Shown in pieces: positions 1 to 12,935 of a DNA stretch of 64,000 nt. A program made the translations under genes and the position numbers. Below the pieces are notes generated by a model. That model was given only the letters and a program-made list of their open reading frames with translations, made no database searches and was not told the DNA's origin. Each line of letters begins with the position of its first letter. Position 1 is the first letter of the stretch. The DNA is from Eledone cirrhosa (taxonomy: Eukaryota), in the NCBI GenBank assembly GCA_964016885.1, contig OZ024741.1, forward strand, positions 373,922,001-373,986,000. The letters are read 5' to 3'.

Positions 1-1280
1 GAGAAGGTTGGACTCCATCAGACCTAAAATGCCCAAGAAACGCCGTATGCCAATATGGCGCCCCTACGACTCCATCGGGTGTTACGGGATAAAACCGAAT
101 ACCCTCTCTGTATATCTTATTTTTGTTTCTCAACTATAATAATTATTAGATACTTCCCCTAGTTTGTCATGGCTTACTAGCTTTATACGGGCGTTTAAAC
201 TGATTAAATAAATAAATACATGCACATACATACATACATACATACATACATACATACATACATACATACATACATACATACATACATACATACATACATA
301 CATACATACATACAAGGAACGAAAACAATTTACCGAAGAAAATCAATGAGAAAGGTAAACAAAATTTATTTAATTGTAGCTACAGAAGAAACCGAAATTA
401 TAAATCACATTTCTCTTACTGATTTATTTAATTGTTATAAAATGGCAAAAAAAATCCCTCCAAAAAAAAAACCACCACCAAAAATACTATTATATATAAC
501 TAAAATATAAAAAAAGATTGCTAACCTACGAAAAACTAGGATTTGTGACAATGCTCCTTAGATGCAAATAAAAACCAAAAAAAATTCACTCCTCACCAAC
601 AAAGAGTGAAAAATGAAATAGAAACGATGTTTGGTAACAGTAGAACCAGAAATCTTCAATATAAGCTGATCACCCTTAAACAAGATATGAGAGCTGTCAG
701 CGAGAAACGTCCATACATGAAGAAGGTGGATGAAAGAAAAGTAATCAATAAATATTCAGTCTATAGAGATATGAAGGGCTAAGTAATAAATGTCGCTGAG
801 GCCCCATCCCAGAAGGACATAGATTCCTTCTGGAGAAAAATATGAGGTGTAAAGAAGAATTTCAACAAAAATGCAGAGTAGCTAAAAGAAATCCAAAAGA
901 ACTATTGCTCCTACAATACAACAAAAACATACGAAATAAATGAGGACATCCTTGAGACTGTGATAGGAAAACTCCAAGATAAGAAAACAGCAGGAAGAGA
1001 CATGATTGTCGGCAACTGGTACAAAAAACTGATATTCTATCGGATGTAACTTATTGACCTCTACGAACAAGTTCTCAAGAATGGTTGACATTAGCACAAA
1101 CAATACTGGTCCCCCAAAATAAAGACACCCATATTGCATGCCAGAACATGATGTATGAGATGTATACAGCCTGCCTGAACCTATTTCTCAAAGTTCACAG
1201 ATGAATAAGCAGCTGGGAATAAAGGCATGGGGGGGGGGGGCTGAGAACAACTCCTAATTAACAAAATTGCGATATCGGAG

Positions 1281-1805
1281 TTGCGACAACTTAGGAGGAA
1301 AATGGCTACAGTCTGGCTAGACTACAGGAAAGCATTTGATTCTGTTCCCCACCCTTGGGTGATAGAGGCCCTCCAGGCCCTCCGACTTGCTAAAGTCCCA
1401 GACATTATTATCAGAGCCATAGAGAAGCTCTTCTTCTTGGGCTACTCTCCTAAAGTTAAAACAGAGAAGGGGGACTCTATTTTCACTGATAAAATAGAAT
1501 ATCACAGGGGTATATTTCAAGGAGACAGTCTCTCTGTGCTACTATTTTTCATTTCATTAAATCCCTTGTCCTTTCTGCTCAAGAAATGTGAAGGATACAT
1601 CATTGGCTCACGGGAGGGCGGAAATACAAACTTAACACATAATTTGTTTGTGGATGATCTGAAACTCTATGTCAAGAACATAAATGGAATGAGGAAAAAT
1701 CTTGACCTGGTTACAACATTCTCAGAGGATATAAAAATGGAGTTTGGCCAACTTAAATTTTCATATATGATTGTAAAGCGAGGGAAAAACTACAACCCAA
1801 TCTAA
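1281..1805 (+). pseudogene. Reverse transcriptase core fragment (R4/Dong-like)
   Basis: KAFDSV, QGDSLS and FVDD motifs in the translated ORF. Confidence 0.9.
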
Positions 1806-2672
1806 CAATATTTTTATCAATGGCCTAACTGTTTCACCGATATCTGACGGGGACTACTACAGATACCTGGGGATAGATGAGAATATATTCTATAATGGTA
1901 TCTGTAATAAGAAATGCGTAACCAGGGAATACCCGTTTAAGAAAAATGTGGTCATCGGAACTCTCTGCGCACAATAAAACAGTGGCACACAATGTGTTTG
2001 CTGTGCCTGTCCTAACACCAACGTTTGAAATACTCAATTGGACGATAGACGAAATCCGAACAATTGATGTTAAAACTCGAAAAATTGTAAATAACACCGG
2101 AAACTTCCATATAACAGTGACATAGTCCGCCTCTACTTGAAACGTAAGCAGGGAGGCAGAGGCCTAACATCAGTCAAGACAGCATTTGAATGTCGCATCA
2201 TATCCCTTCGATAACATTTAAGAACCTCCAAACGTAGGAGTCCATCTATTGAGTAAGTCTATCTGCATGAGACAGATAAGATCATGAGAGTTGGGAAGGA
2301 ACTCCTTGAAAGATACTCCCTGCATAATAATCAAAAGCTCACACCCAGCGAGATTGCCTAACAATGCCGCAGCGAATCCATGGATGAAAAACTACATACT
2401 TATCAGCAAAGTCATGCATTGATATGTTCTCAGGTAGCTCCAGAGTGAGAGTAATATAGATAAGGAAAGTAGTCTATCTTGGACCAACAACTGCTATATT
2501 GGCTCCCACTTTGAAAGATATGTTTTTGCAATCCAAGATCAGGAAATCAACAAAATACCTGATTCACAAAAGAGATAGGGATGCAGGCAAAACACCTATA
2601 TGCGACAACAAATGCTGACTCGGCAGAAATAACATCGAAGATGTCATCCATGTCATAAGCAGCTGTCTAAAG

Positions 2673-3175
2673 ATGTCATCACGGTACTATCTATCTATGA
2701 GACATGATGCAATCCGTAGAAAAGATAGCCCCGACAATAAACATATTAACAGCTACAGCTATGTGGAAGACATACATATACATAATATGAAAGAGTACCG
2801 GTGGAATGTTCCAGTAAAAACCCCAATAAAATGCAGGCATAACAGACCAGATATAATGATATGGGACAGGGAAAAGAAGGCATTCACAGTAGTGGAAATT
2901 AGCTGCCCAGCAGATGCAAATATAATATCAAAGATTAACGAAAAGGAGAATATTTATGTAGAACTAATGAGAAATCTGCAGATACTCCACCCTGACTATA
3001 CCTTCAGATTTATGCCTGTGATTATTGGGGCACTGGGATATGTTAGTAACTGCCTCAGTACAAATCTTGAGAAGCTGGGCTTTACAGAAACAGGAAGAAC
3101 ACGACTAGTTAAGAAATTACAAGTACAATCCATAAATGGAACAATAAAAATATGTAAAACATTCCAAAAATCTAT
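2673..3175 (+). pseudogene. Restriction-like endonuclease domain fragment of RLE LINE
   Basis: RHD...RPDIMIWD...EISCP...KE.IY...PVIIGALG pattern. Confidence 0.88.
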
Positions 3176-3866
3176 AACTGCATATACACATGTACAGATA
3201 CAAAGCACATGCTCACATATAACTCAAAACAATCACATCCACACATACAATAACATCCATACCTGCACACACATGCATACATGCAGACATATCTACCTAG
3301 TTGATGTTGATTAAATTCCAATAAGAGAGTCTTGTATCTATGTTAGAAACCGACTCTTTCTCTCTCTTTTGATAGACATTTATAACCCGAAGAACATACA
3401 TACATACATACATACATACATACATACATACATACATACATACATACATACATACATACATACATACATACATACCTCGGTTAGCACTCTAGACACGTTC
3501 CAAATATACAGCGCTAAACGAAACAGCGTTATATAAGGTCTTTATGATATTTCATAACTAGAGCTATCATCTTCATGGGCTATTTTTAACTTAACAGCGA
3601 CACGGACACAAATGAAGATGATAGACATTACCGAAAGGTCGAAGTATCCAGAAACTCGCTGTAAAACCCCTCAGGCACTTTATAATTTTAGATAACCCTA
3701 TACAATGCGCACTACAGGTATGATAAAATTAGTTTAATTAGTTAAGACCTAGTGTTATAATGAAATTATGAAGCAGGTTAAATTAATCAACTTTAATCAT
3801 GATTACACTGGGAATTTTCACCATTTATGCTGCATTGAGAAATAAGATAGGTGTATCTGAGACTAG

Positions 3867-4150
3867 CGGCGTCGAATTGGCAGAGTCGTTAGAACGTCGG
3901 ATTGAGTGTTTTGCGGTATTCGTTCCGGCTCTCTGCTCTCTGAGTTCAAATCCCACTGAGGTCAACTTTACCTTTCATTCATTCGAGATCGATAAAAAAG
4001 TACCAGTCTAGTACTGAGGTCGATGTTTCCTCTATATCTCTTTCTCACTTCCATTCTCTCACTCTCTATCCTTATCTGGAAGAAATCTGTTGTATTCGGA
4101 TTTGGAGATGGAGAGGTTTTAAAATGTCCTAGAAACGCTGTATATCAATG
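3867..4150 (+). mobile_element. tRNA-headed SINE family B (other copies about 1-90 tail, 15780-16140 -, 16230-16420 -, 27182-27465, 27518-27670, 28185-28370, 47118-47510, 52712-53045 -)
   Basis: A-box-like TGGCAGAGTCG and B-box GAGTTCAAATCC, central CCTTTCAT..GTCGATAAAA.AGTACCAG block, TC-rich body. Multiple dispersed similar copies. Confidence 0.8.
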
Positions 4151-4154
4151 TCGC

Positions 4155-4585
4155 TGGTTCTGTTGAGTCAATGTTGCTGTATAGAACCGGTACATGGACC
4201 TTCACACAAACACTTGAGAAGAAACTAGATAGCGCATAAAATAAAATACTTAGGGTTGTACAAAACATAAACTGGCGTCAACGCATTATAAATCTCAGTT
4301 TATAAAGAAACTTGCTGAAGATAACAACTACAATTCCTCCAAAACGGTTTGGATTTACAGGACATTGCTGGAGAAGTATGCAGGAAGTTGTACACAAGTT
4401 ACTATGGTGGGAACCAACTTACAGGAGACGCAGTATAGGATGACCCGCTCGAATTTTCATCGATCAACTCTCAGACGATACAAACCTCAGAGTAGGGAGT
4501 AGTTGCCAGGAGCAATGGAACATCGTAAATTGGGGCGAGACTTTGCCAGGAATTTTCGACTATGGTCCCAATGATGATGTTGATC
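4155..4585 (+). mobile_element. RTE-type LINE 3' fragment
   Basis: Manual translation gives VESMLLY..TWT...LEKKLD, INWRQRI, F.GHCWR and LLWWEP, ending in an (ATG)n-like tail. Confidence 0.7.
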
Positions 4586-6086
4586 ACTGGTTCTACAGGA
4601 GGCTCTTCAGGTTTATTTTGGTGACGTTGCTATCTCTTGCAGCTCTTCAACAGACAACATTTTACTAGGGCTCTGTTAACTCCTCTGTATATTCTGCATT
4701 GATATTTTTCATTCCCCCTTTTATTGGCAAGCTCAACAATGTTATTGATGACTGCTGCTACTATTTCTTTTTTTACTAAAGTCCAAGAAGCCATTACACG
4801 CTTCTGACCATAGCTTCATTCAAATTTTCCTCATGCGATTATCAGTTACTTTGTCTCAGGGTCCTTTGATATTATTTATGGCATTCATATGACGGCTTTA
4901 CTGAAGGCCCCTGCGAGATTGTTTAACTTGATGATTTATTTCTTTAACAATTGTTTGGGCGAGTGACGAATGTAGAAAACCTTCACATAAAAAAAATACA
5001 CGCTTATCCATGATTTGGAGAAAAGAATTGATGTTTTGTGCTAGCTACATAAAGCTATCCGATTATTTCAGAGCTAAACTTCTTTATCTCCGGGTCTTTG
5101 ATATTATCTATGGCTTTCATGATAGGGTTTGAAAGAACGACGAAGATAGATGAGTATTATCAATCACTAAGCGTGCCTTATATTGTGTTCTTCACAATAT
5201 TTTTCCCTGCTGGAGAAGATTAGCAAATATACCAGTGTATGAAAATGTCTATTGTCACCGAGGTTTATTTGTTTGATTTTCCAAATCAAAGGCAGATGCA
5301 TTTATTGGCTGTGGTGTTTCTGAAGTAGGCTCCTGAAACATTATTACCAAGTAGTAATGTAAGCGGTCTGTTCTGACCTTAAAACAAGAGGCGTTATTTT
5401 TTCCTTCTCAGGAGATAAAATAGCGGGATGGCATTTTTCGCCATCCTACATGAAATTTTAATACTTGGAATTGCAAGCTGTTTTCCACTCATGATGTATA
5501 AACAATATGTGAACAATTTGGTATATAAGGGAATATGCATAAGTGTGAATCATGATTCCTTACATATTAGCACACTATCTAAACTACAATAAAGGAAGGT
5601 CTGCGGGACTGCGTACGGTTTGTTTTTTTTTATCCCGTTAGTAAAATAAGTTGGATTACTTTGAATAAATAATGAATGAATATTACATAATTTATCTACT
5701 AAATTTCGTAAACAAAAATAATTTCGTAAAAATAAATAATTTAAAATTGACTTCTTTTCAAAGTTGCACTTCCGGTATATCGTTGCCACCACCACCACCA
5801 CTTCAACTACCATATATATAGAAAGAGAGAGTGTGTGATGTCAACACTTCCGGTGGCGATCACTTTAATAAACACTAATTTTCTGTCACTAATTTTCTCC
5901 TAATGCAGTTTATATATAAAATCGTCTTTTTTAAATGTATCATGGATTACCTTACTGATTACATAAGACAGTGTAATACAGTCTTCGTTCAATTTTTGTT
6001 TATATTGACACTTACGATTTTATTTGATGTATCATATCTACATGTATATATACTTGCGTATAATATCAATATACACACTACACATG

Positions 6087-6124
6087 CTAGCAGAAAACCA
6101 CCCGAAGGGTGGTTTTTCTGCTAG
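6087..6124. repeat. Palindrome CTAG-hairpin-CTAG resembling a mirrored Helitron 3' terminus
   Basis: ctagcagaaaaccaccc-gaa-gggtggtttttctgctag, followed by T. Confidence 0.6.
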
Positions 6125-7096
6125 TCATTATAATAAAGCAATTCTATCTCACTTTAAATAGAGAGAATGTGGCGAATCGGTGTTAAACGGGTAGCTCTAA
6201 ACGGGGTGTTTTTCCGCCTCTAAGGGGTCGTTTCCCGATTTTTATAAGTTGTTTTATAGCAACTGAATATAATTGCAGTTATTTTCTGCACTTGCGCATC
6301 CTATATTTTCTATAAATTTATTCGAAAATTCAAGCTTTGCATACGATGTTGCTTACATTTTCAAAAGCTGTTTGTCTCAGGTCCTTAATTTAGACAGTAA
6401 GATGTTGTCAGACGTCCCTTAGCTAAATGGATAGCACTCAACCGGAATTTGAGAGATACAGTCGTAGTCGCCGCAGTGGGATCTTTTTCCGTCTCTAAGG
6501 GTCTTTACTCGATTTTTATAAGGTATTTTATAATAACTGACTGTAATTGCAGTTATTTTTCTGCGCTTCAATCCCCAACATTTCATATATATATATATAT
6601 ATTCACAACCGATCAATTATACACCAACTTGTGTGTTGATGTGTATATGTTTGTGACCATGTGCTAATGTTGTTGTTATGTGTGTCTGCGTTCGCGTGTT
6701 TGTGTGATTGTCGATGTAAGTGTGTTTATAAAGCCAATACCGACTCATAAATAGTTCTTGAAAGACTCAAGCATGACAACTGAAAGCCACAAGTTTAATA
6801 CGATAAACTAGACAAGCTATTAAGGTTTTATTACTTAAATGCTATAGACGGACATCACAGGAGTGGATATAACGCAACTATTTCAACCAACGTGATGATG
6901 ATTAATTTAAAATAACAGCAACAACAGCCCCAGTTATATTTGAAATCTTCATCTCAATCAACTTTTCGTAGTATGTATTTGTCTGGCAATGATTTGATCT
7001 GAGACCGTGTGTTGAAACTAAAGCAGTTACGTTGTGAAAGAATTATTTTAGCCATTCCAAAAAAAAAAGAAAAATTACACAAACATAAACACACAC

Positions 7097-7197
7097 AAAC
7101 TGTTAAATTCACTTTACATTCATCAATTATATCTTGGTGTCAAAATTTTCTTGGCACCGGGAAATAGATGATGAATGTAAAGTGAATTTAACAGTTT
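7097..7197. repeat. Fold-back palindrome (about 100 bp)
   Basis: aaactgttaaattcactttacattcatc ... gatgaatgtaaagtgaatttaacagttt with a central hairpin, GAAA at 7161. Confidence 0.85.
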
Positions 7198-7932
7198 TGT
7201 GACGATATAATTAATAGCATTTGCATCACTACAACAATAACAGAAAAGAGTGCAAAATCAGTTACAAGTGCATCAGAAACAACAATATAGTATAGCAGTT
7301 ATACCGGAAGAACTAGCTGTTATACCGGAAGAACCAATAGACAGGAGACCTCTAGTAGTAGTGAACGAAGGTACGTCTAAATAGTTAAGAAGTTTGATTC
7401 GCAATCATGAACTTCTAGATTCGATTTCACAGCGAGGCATATTGGGCAACATCAATACACACACGGTTGGTTTCGATACAGTTTCCGTCTACCGAATTTC
7501 ATTCACATGACATTGGTCTGACCTTGTAGATATGTTGTTTGTTTGAAGTTTAAATTTCAAGAAAGTTGACTGATACTTATTGCTTTTAAAATAGCCGGGA
7601 AGGTCTCGACTTTACGATATTCAATCATGTTTACTCTATTAGAACTGGCCTGGAGCTAAATAACAACAACTCTGTCAAGTGAACAGTTGCTTAGAGATTC
7701 CATCCGAGATAGACTATAGTAGAAAACATTAGGTGCCATGTAACGGTGCCGCCGAACCCAAAACTGTAAGATTGCGAAGCTAACACTTTAGCCACTGCCA
7801 TATTTGTATTTATACATGAGAAGATTCTGAAAGAATTTATGATTCTAACTTGAGTTTGAATGATACACAAGGTATATAGTTCCTCCTAAAGCATATGATA
7901 TATGTGATATGTGTGTTGTATGTGTATGTTTG

Positions 7933-8011
<79 letters not shown>

Positions 8012-8329
8012 CGTGTATTTTGTGTGTGTGGTATGAATATATGTTTGTGTGCACACGCACGCCTATATATATATATATGTGTGTGTGTCTGTGTGTGTGT
8101 GTGTGTGTGTGTATAATATATATATATATATATATATATTTCCATGAAAATATATTGCTTTTTAAAAGCTATTACTACTTTTTAAGTTTATTTTTGTAAA
8201 TATGTAATTTTTGTTTTACTGCAATAGTGTTTTCTCAAATTTATTTACAGTGATATACATAATTCTTCAAAGTATGTTTTACCAGCGTAACTGGCATTTT
8301 TCCTCTGGCTTCGTGACAGGCAAACACCT

Positions 8330-8642
8330 CTTGATTAGCTGGCAGGTAAATATGCTTGACTTAGACGATGGGCAAACATGTCTGGCTTAGCTGAAAAGGA
8401 AATGCTTCTGGTTGAGTGCAATGGTAACACTTCTGGCTTAGCTGATAGACAAACACCTTCAACTTGACTGATAGGTAAACAACCCCTGACTTAGCTTACA
8501 GATAAGCCTGTATGGCTTAGCTAATAGGAAATCATGCCCCTGACTTAGCTGATAGACAATCTACCACAGGATTAGCTGATAGGCACACATCCTTGGGTTT
8601 ATAGGATAGGCTAAAAAGTGTAGCTTAGCTGATAGACAAACA
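8330..8642. repeat. Diverged 26-28 bp tandem repeat
   Basis: Recurrent core cttagctgatag(a/g)caaac with variable linkers, about 10-12 units. Confidence 0.7.
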
Positions 8643-8893
8643 AGGAACCTGGAGACAGCCAGCATCAGCAACAACTAAACTATAGGAGAGTTATAGAACA
8701 TTTAGACAAACTTCAATTTGATGTGTAGAATGAAGAGACTAATGTTCCGTTTCTGTCTCTTTCATTTAATAAAGAAGCACAGAAAGAGTGGGAAACGGTA
8801 TTCTCATTTAGGATGAAAGCAAATGAAATAGAAAATTTCTTTCATCTATTGTCGGGAATATCACTACCTGCTTGGTATATAAATTCACACTAT

Positions 8894-8960
<67 letters not shown>

Positions 8961-8989
8961 GTAATCTGAGTTTTTCGAATATTAATAAT

Positions 8990-9171
8990 TGTTTCTACTT
9001 TTGGCACAAGGCCAGTAATTACCCAGTGCATTACTGGTACTTTATTTTATCGACCCCGTAAGGATGAAAGGCAAAGTTAACCTCGGCGGGATTTGAACTC
9101 AGAATGGCAAGGGCCGTAACTATGCGTCAAAGCATGGCGTCTGACTCTCTACCGATACTGCCAATCCCCCC
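8990..9171 (-). mobile_element. tRNA-headed SINE family A with 17-bp TSD
   Basis: TSD tttcgaatattaataat at 8973-8989 and 9172-9188. A/B boxes, 3' end ..CCAAAAGTAGAAACAATT. Confidence 0.85.
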
Positions 9172-9448
9172 TTTCGAATATTAATAATAACATTCGATTC
9201 GTTTGCAATTATGCAAACAAGCCTCAATTTTATAGCCATGTCAGTAGAATGAACACTTCATTCTTACTCTTGTGTTGGCATGCGAACAGAACTGCAGACA
9301 CAAATGTAGCTGATCAGTGGATCTGCTAATATGCAGATCTGACTGATCAGCCAGTCTGCTAATATGCAAATCAGGCCGATCAGTCACTGTGTATTTTTGA
9401 AAATAGCATATATTTTCACTTGCTCTGACAGTTTGGCAGGTGAACAGT

Positions 9449-9498
9449 GAGCTGTACTGATGAAGGGTGATACCCGGAAACAATAGTGTATGCAGTTC
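9449..9498 (+). ncRNA. Minimal type I hammerhead ribozyme
   Basis: Stem I GAGCTGTA/TGCAGTTC (8 bp including G-U pairs), CTGATGA, stem II GGG-TGATA-CCC, GAAA, stem III CA-ATAG-TG, GUA cleavage triplet. Confidence 0.85.
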
Positions 9499-10399
9499 TG
9501 TTCGCATGCCAACACAAGAGCAAGAATGAAGTGTTCATTCTACTGACATGGCTATAAAATTGAGGCTTGTTTGCATAATTGCAAACGAATCGAATGTTAT
9601 TATTAATATTCGAAAAACTCAGATTACATTTATTGTATTCAGCCATGTAGAGCGAAATTTTCTTTTATATATATATATATAACAGGGAAAGGATGATTAA
9701 TACGGATAAGCGATATAATAGAATTTTAATCCAAGCATTAACATGTTTCATCGCTTAATGAGCAATTAATTCATGTCTTGAAACTGCTATCATCAATAGT
9801 TGATTGGTTATTGTGAAATTCGATTTTAAATACCCAAAACAATGCAGTCACTAGGTGAATTATCAAAATACTGATCATGGATTTAGCCTCACAACGGTTT
9901 TAAACCAAATAAAATAAACTCAGAGTAAATTATATACTTGAGTGGGTGGGGAAATAGGAATAATATAAAAGAGTGGAATACTATTTGGGCAAAAATAGAG
10001 AAGGGCAGGGAAGCCTAGAAAATACATAATAAATAAATAATAATAAAATATGGAGCATGTTAGCAGGTTCTAGACTGATATGTCTAGAAATGGTCATTGT
10101 CACTTACAGTTGATTGGTCAAGTGTTCTAGTTCATTTCGGCCAATCGTGGCATAGTACGTTCGTCCTTTGATGTTGTCAAACAAGTGGTTTTTATGGTGT
10201 TGTTAAAATGGTGATAGATAGATAAGAAAACTACGTGTGTGTGATAATGCTAGTTTAATGTTATTCATGGCGTAACACTTTCTTAAGTATTAAAAGTCTG
10301 GGAGATGTAAAATATTTATTTATCAACTGTGAGGACAGTGGATCGAATCACGCCTATTGCAGTTTGTAGTTTATGAACGTGTTGGCTCATCTATGTCGA

Positions 10400-11610
10400 C
10401 ATCCGCTCCACCATCAGGTCCAGGCTTCAACAACTCCAGACTCTCACGAGCCGACTGGGCTTGATTGACAGCTACCCAGCTCTCTGTCTGCTGAGGAACT
10501 GCTTCGCCATGCCGAAGCTCCTCTATACACTCCGCAGCGCTCCCTGCTACACCCAGACATCTCTCCTCGCTGACCTCGATACTTGTATCCGAGCAGCAGC
10601 CGACGAGATATGCAACGTCAAGTTTGACAACAAAGGGTGGCAACAGGCCACTTTACCTGTCAGGTATGGCGGCCTTGGCCTCCGGTCCCCGATCTCACTA
10701 GCTTTGCCGGCGTATCTTTCCTCGGTAACCTCGTGCCGCGTCCTAGTCAGCAGGGTTCTTCAAAACACAACAGAACCCTCTGTGTTCAGAGAACGTGAGG
10801 CCGCCTGCGAGACGTGGGACCGGCTGGGACTTAGCCCAGTAGACGTCCCTCCTCCTTCTCCCCGTGTTGACGTCAAGTCCCTCCAACGCACTTGGGATGC
10901 CATCCAGTGTAGCCTGGCCTCAGACAGGCTCACGCGCCAGCTCGACCAGCACCGCCCTGCTTGTTTTCGTGCGGCCTCCAAACCCCTCAGTGGTGCCTGG
11001 CTCCATGCCCTGCCCTCCTTCCTCACTGGCACGCAGCAAGACAACCATAGCATGCACATCGGCGTTTCCCTGAGGCCCGGCCTCTGGATCTGCCAGCCAC
11101 ACCAATGTCGCTGCGGTTCCACCGTGGACTCTTTCGGCCTCCACCCGCTTTCCTCTCGCCACAGTGTCGGCCGCATTCCACGCCATGCTGCCCTCAACGA
11201 GGTCATTAAGCATGGCATGGACGCTGTAGGCTTCTCTTCCCAGCTCGAGCCGGTGGAGCTGGATCGAGGGGACGGCCAAACCCCTCGTCTGAGATGCCAC
11301 TTACCGCGACACTTTCTCCAGCCGCAACTTAGTGTAGTCTGTGACTGACCCAGGTTCTGCTGCACGTCGGGCTGAGGAGGCCAAACTCCTCAAATACCGG
11401 TCGCTCTCCGACAGGTTTGCGGTCGTACCCCTGGCAGTGGAGACTTCTGGTGTCCTCGGCCCCAGGGCTACCTCCTTACTCACCACCATAAGCGCTGAGC
11501 TGACCAGCCGCAGGTGTGATCCCCGCGAGTTGGAGTGGCTTTTCCAGCGCGTCTCCCTTACCGTACTCCGGGGAAACAAACGCCTTCTCCATTCTGTCCA
11601 CCGGGGCTGT
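10400..11610 (+). mobile_element. CRE-clade-like RLE non-LTR retrotransposon, 3' part
   Basis: GGLGLRS, SGAWLHALP, CRCG..VD..GLH, RHAALN, K..KY and FAVVPLAVETSGVLG motifs (ORFs 10461-11348, 11341-11718). GC-rich island. Confidence 0.82.
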
Positions 11611-11783
11611 GGGTGGGCCCCATCGCGTATCAGGCCGATAAATAAAGTATCAATCCGACATTGGTGTCAATTCTCCACCCACCTTTTCTCTCTCTCCACA
11701 CACACAATACAAACATAAATAAGTATACAAAGCATATATGTCGACAACATAGAGTGCGCTCTATCTTGCTATTTAATAAGTTA

Positions 11784-11963
11784 TTGGATTTGCAGTATCA
11801 GTAGAGGGTCGGACATGCTTTCCAGCATAGTTACGTCCCTTTACGATCTGAGTTCAAATCCCGCTGAGGTTAATTTTGCCTTTTATCCTTACGGGGTCGA
11901 TAAAATAAAGTACCAGTAATGTACTGCAATTGCTGGCCTTGTGCCAAAAGTAGAAACAATTAT
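11784..11963 (+). mobile_element. SINE family A (other copies about 19690-19830 -, 24936-25125, 29990-30500 - fragments, 30880-31370 -, 37768-37943, 39672-39890, 45725-45909, 46152-46345, 48320-48680 two copies, 49320-49505, 51240-51432 -, 52479-52698, 55815-55887 -)
   Basis: Shared about 180-bp consensus TGGCAGTATCGGTAG..GAGTTCAAATCCCGCCGAGGTTAACTTTGCCTTTCATCCTTACGGGGTCGATAAAATAAAGTACCAG..AGAAACAATT. Confidence 0.88.
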
Positions 11964-12596
11964 AACATTGTAAAATATGGAGTAATTCCATATTACATAA
12001 TCTGCATGTGGGTGTGCCTCAGTGGTAGTTAATTTAGTTCAAAATATTTGGTGTTCCTGTTCATTATCCACAAGTTCCCAGATTTTACTGACCAGAGTTT
12101 TGTTCTTGAGTTTGCGGTTTGACCGTAATATATAAATATATGTAAACATTCAAATATATATAAACATCTATGTAAACATATAAATATATATATAAATATA
12201 TATGTAAACATATATATATAATCATATATAAAAACATATATAAATCAGTATAGAACCAGTTTAAAGCCATTACTCAACAGAGTACTCGATGCTTCGAGTA
12301 GTAGCATCACCCTTAGCAGCTCCGCTATCAAGATATTGAACTTAGCAGTATTTGAGGGCGCTGGGTTCCGGTGGATCAGGTACTTGGAGGTCATGGGTTT
12401 GGTATAATGTGATGGGAGGATTTGGGCTTTATCATTCCTAGTTTCCATCCAGAGTGTCTAACACTGGTACTCTATGGTTGGGGTGTTTAGTGGGTGGTCT
12501 ACTGTTAGATTAATGCTATATAATGATTACTATACTATCCACTGCGCTCCATTTTTAGTTGGCTTTTAATGAATTAGTTTGATACTACTACCTGTA

Positions 12597-12935
12597 AAGG
12601 CGCATGGCTTAGTGGTTAGAGCGTCGGGCTTATAATTGTGTGGTTGTAAGTCCGATCCTCAGACAAGGCTTTGTGTTGTGTTCTTGAGCAAGACACTATA
12701 TTTCAATTTGCTCCAGTTTACTCAGGTGTAGAAATGAATTACGATGTCACTGGTGCCAATATTTATCGGCCTTTGTCTTTCCCTTGGAAAACATCGGTGG
12801 CGTGGAGAGGGGAGGCTGGTGTGCATGGGTGACTACTGGTCTTTCACAAACAACCTTGTCCAGGCTTGTGTCTCAGAGGGAAACTGTCTAGATGCAAGTC
12901 CCAACGTCATTCGTGTCCGAAGGGGTCTTTACAAT
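12597..12935 (+). mobile_element. tRNA-headed SINE family C (copies 49783-50083, 13380-13640 -, 14657-14960)
   Basis: TGGCTTAGTGGTTAG A-box, central TGTGT(T/C)CTTGAGCAAG block resembling the V-SINE domain, homologous copy at 49783. Confidence 0.72.

Larger units (their letters stand above)
315..3394 (+). mobile_element. Decayed R4/Dong-like (RLE) non-LTR retrotransposon embedded in (CATA)n
   Basis: RT motifs WLDYRKAFDSVPH, GIFQGDSLS and FVDDLKLY (ORF 1281-1805). Degenerate CCHC knuckle near 2600-2665. Restriction-like endonuclease RPDIMIWD..VVEISCP..K..Y (ORF 2673-3314). Many stops and frameshifts. (CATA)n on both sides (218-314, 3395-3474). Confidence 0.88.
8958..9656 (+). mobile_element. 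Non-coding Penelope-like pLTR element: HHR-bearing unit with upstream inverted partial copy, between (TA)n tracts
   Basis: 8958-9300 (excluding the SINE insert) is the reverse complement of about 9486-9630. HHR at 9449-9498. Homologues at 37655-37980, 45331-45937 and 48730-49036. Confidence 0.72.

Noticed and set aside
9735-9800. Minus-strand TTGATGA..GAAACATGTT hammerhead-like motif
   Set aside because: Core altered and stem I unpaired, too degenerate to call
11784-11870. tRNA gene calls at SINE heads
   Set aside because: A/B boxes are present but no cloverleaf is evident, and they continue into SINE bodies
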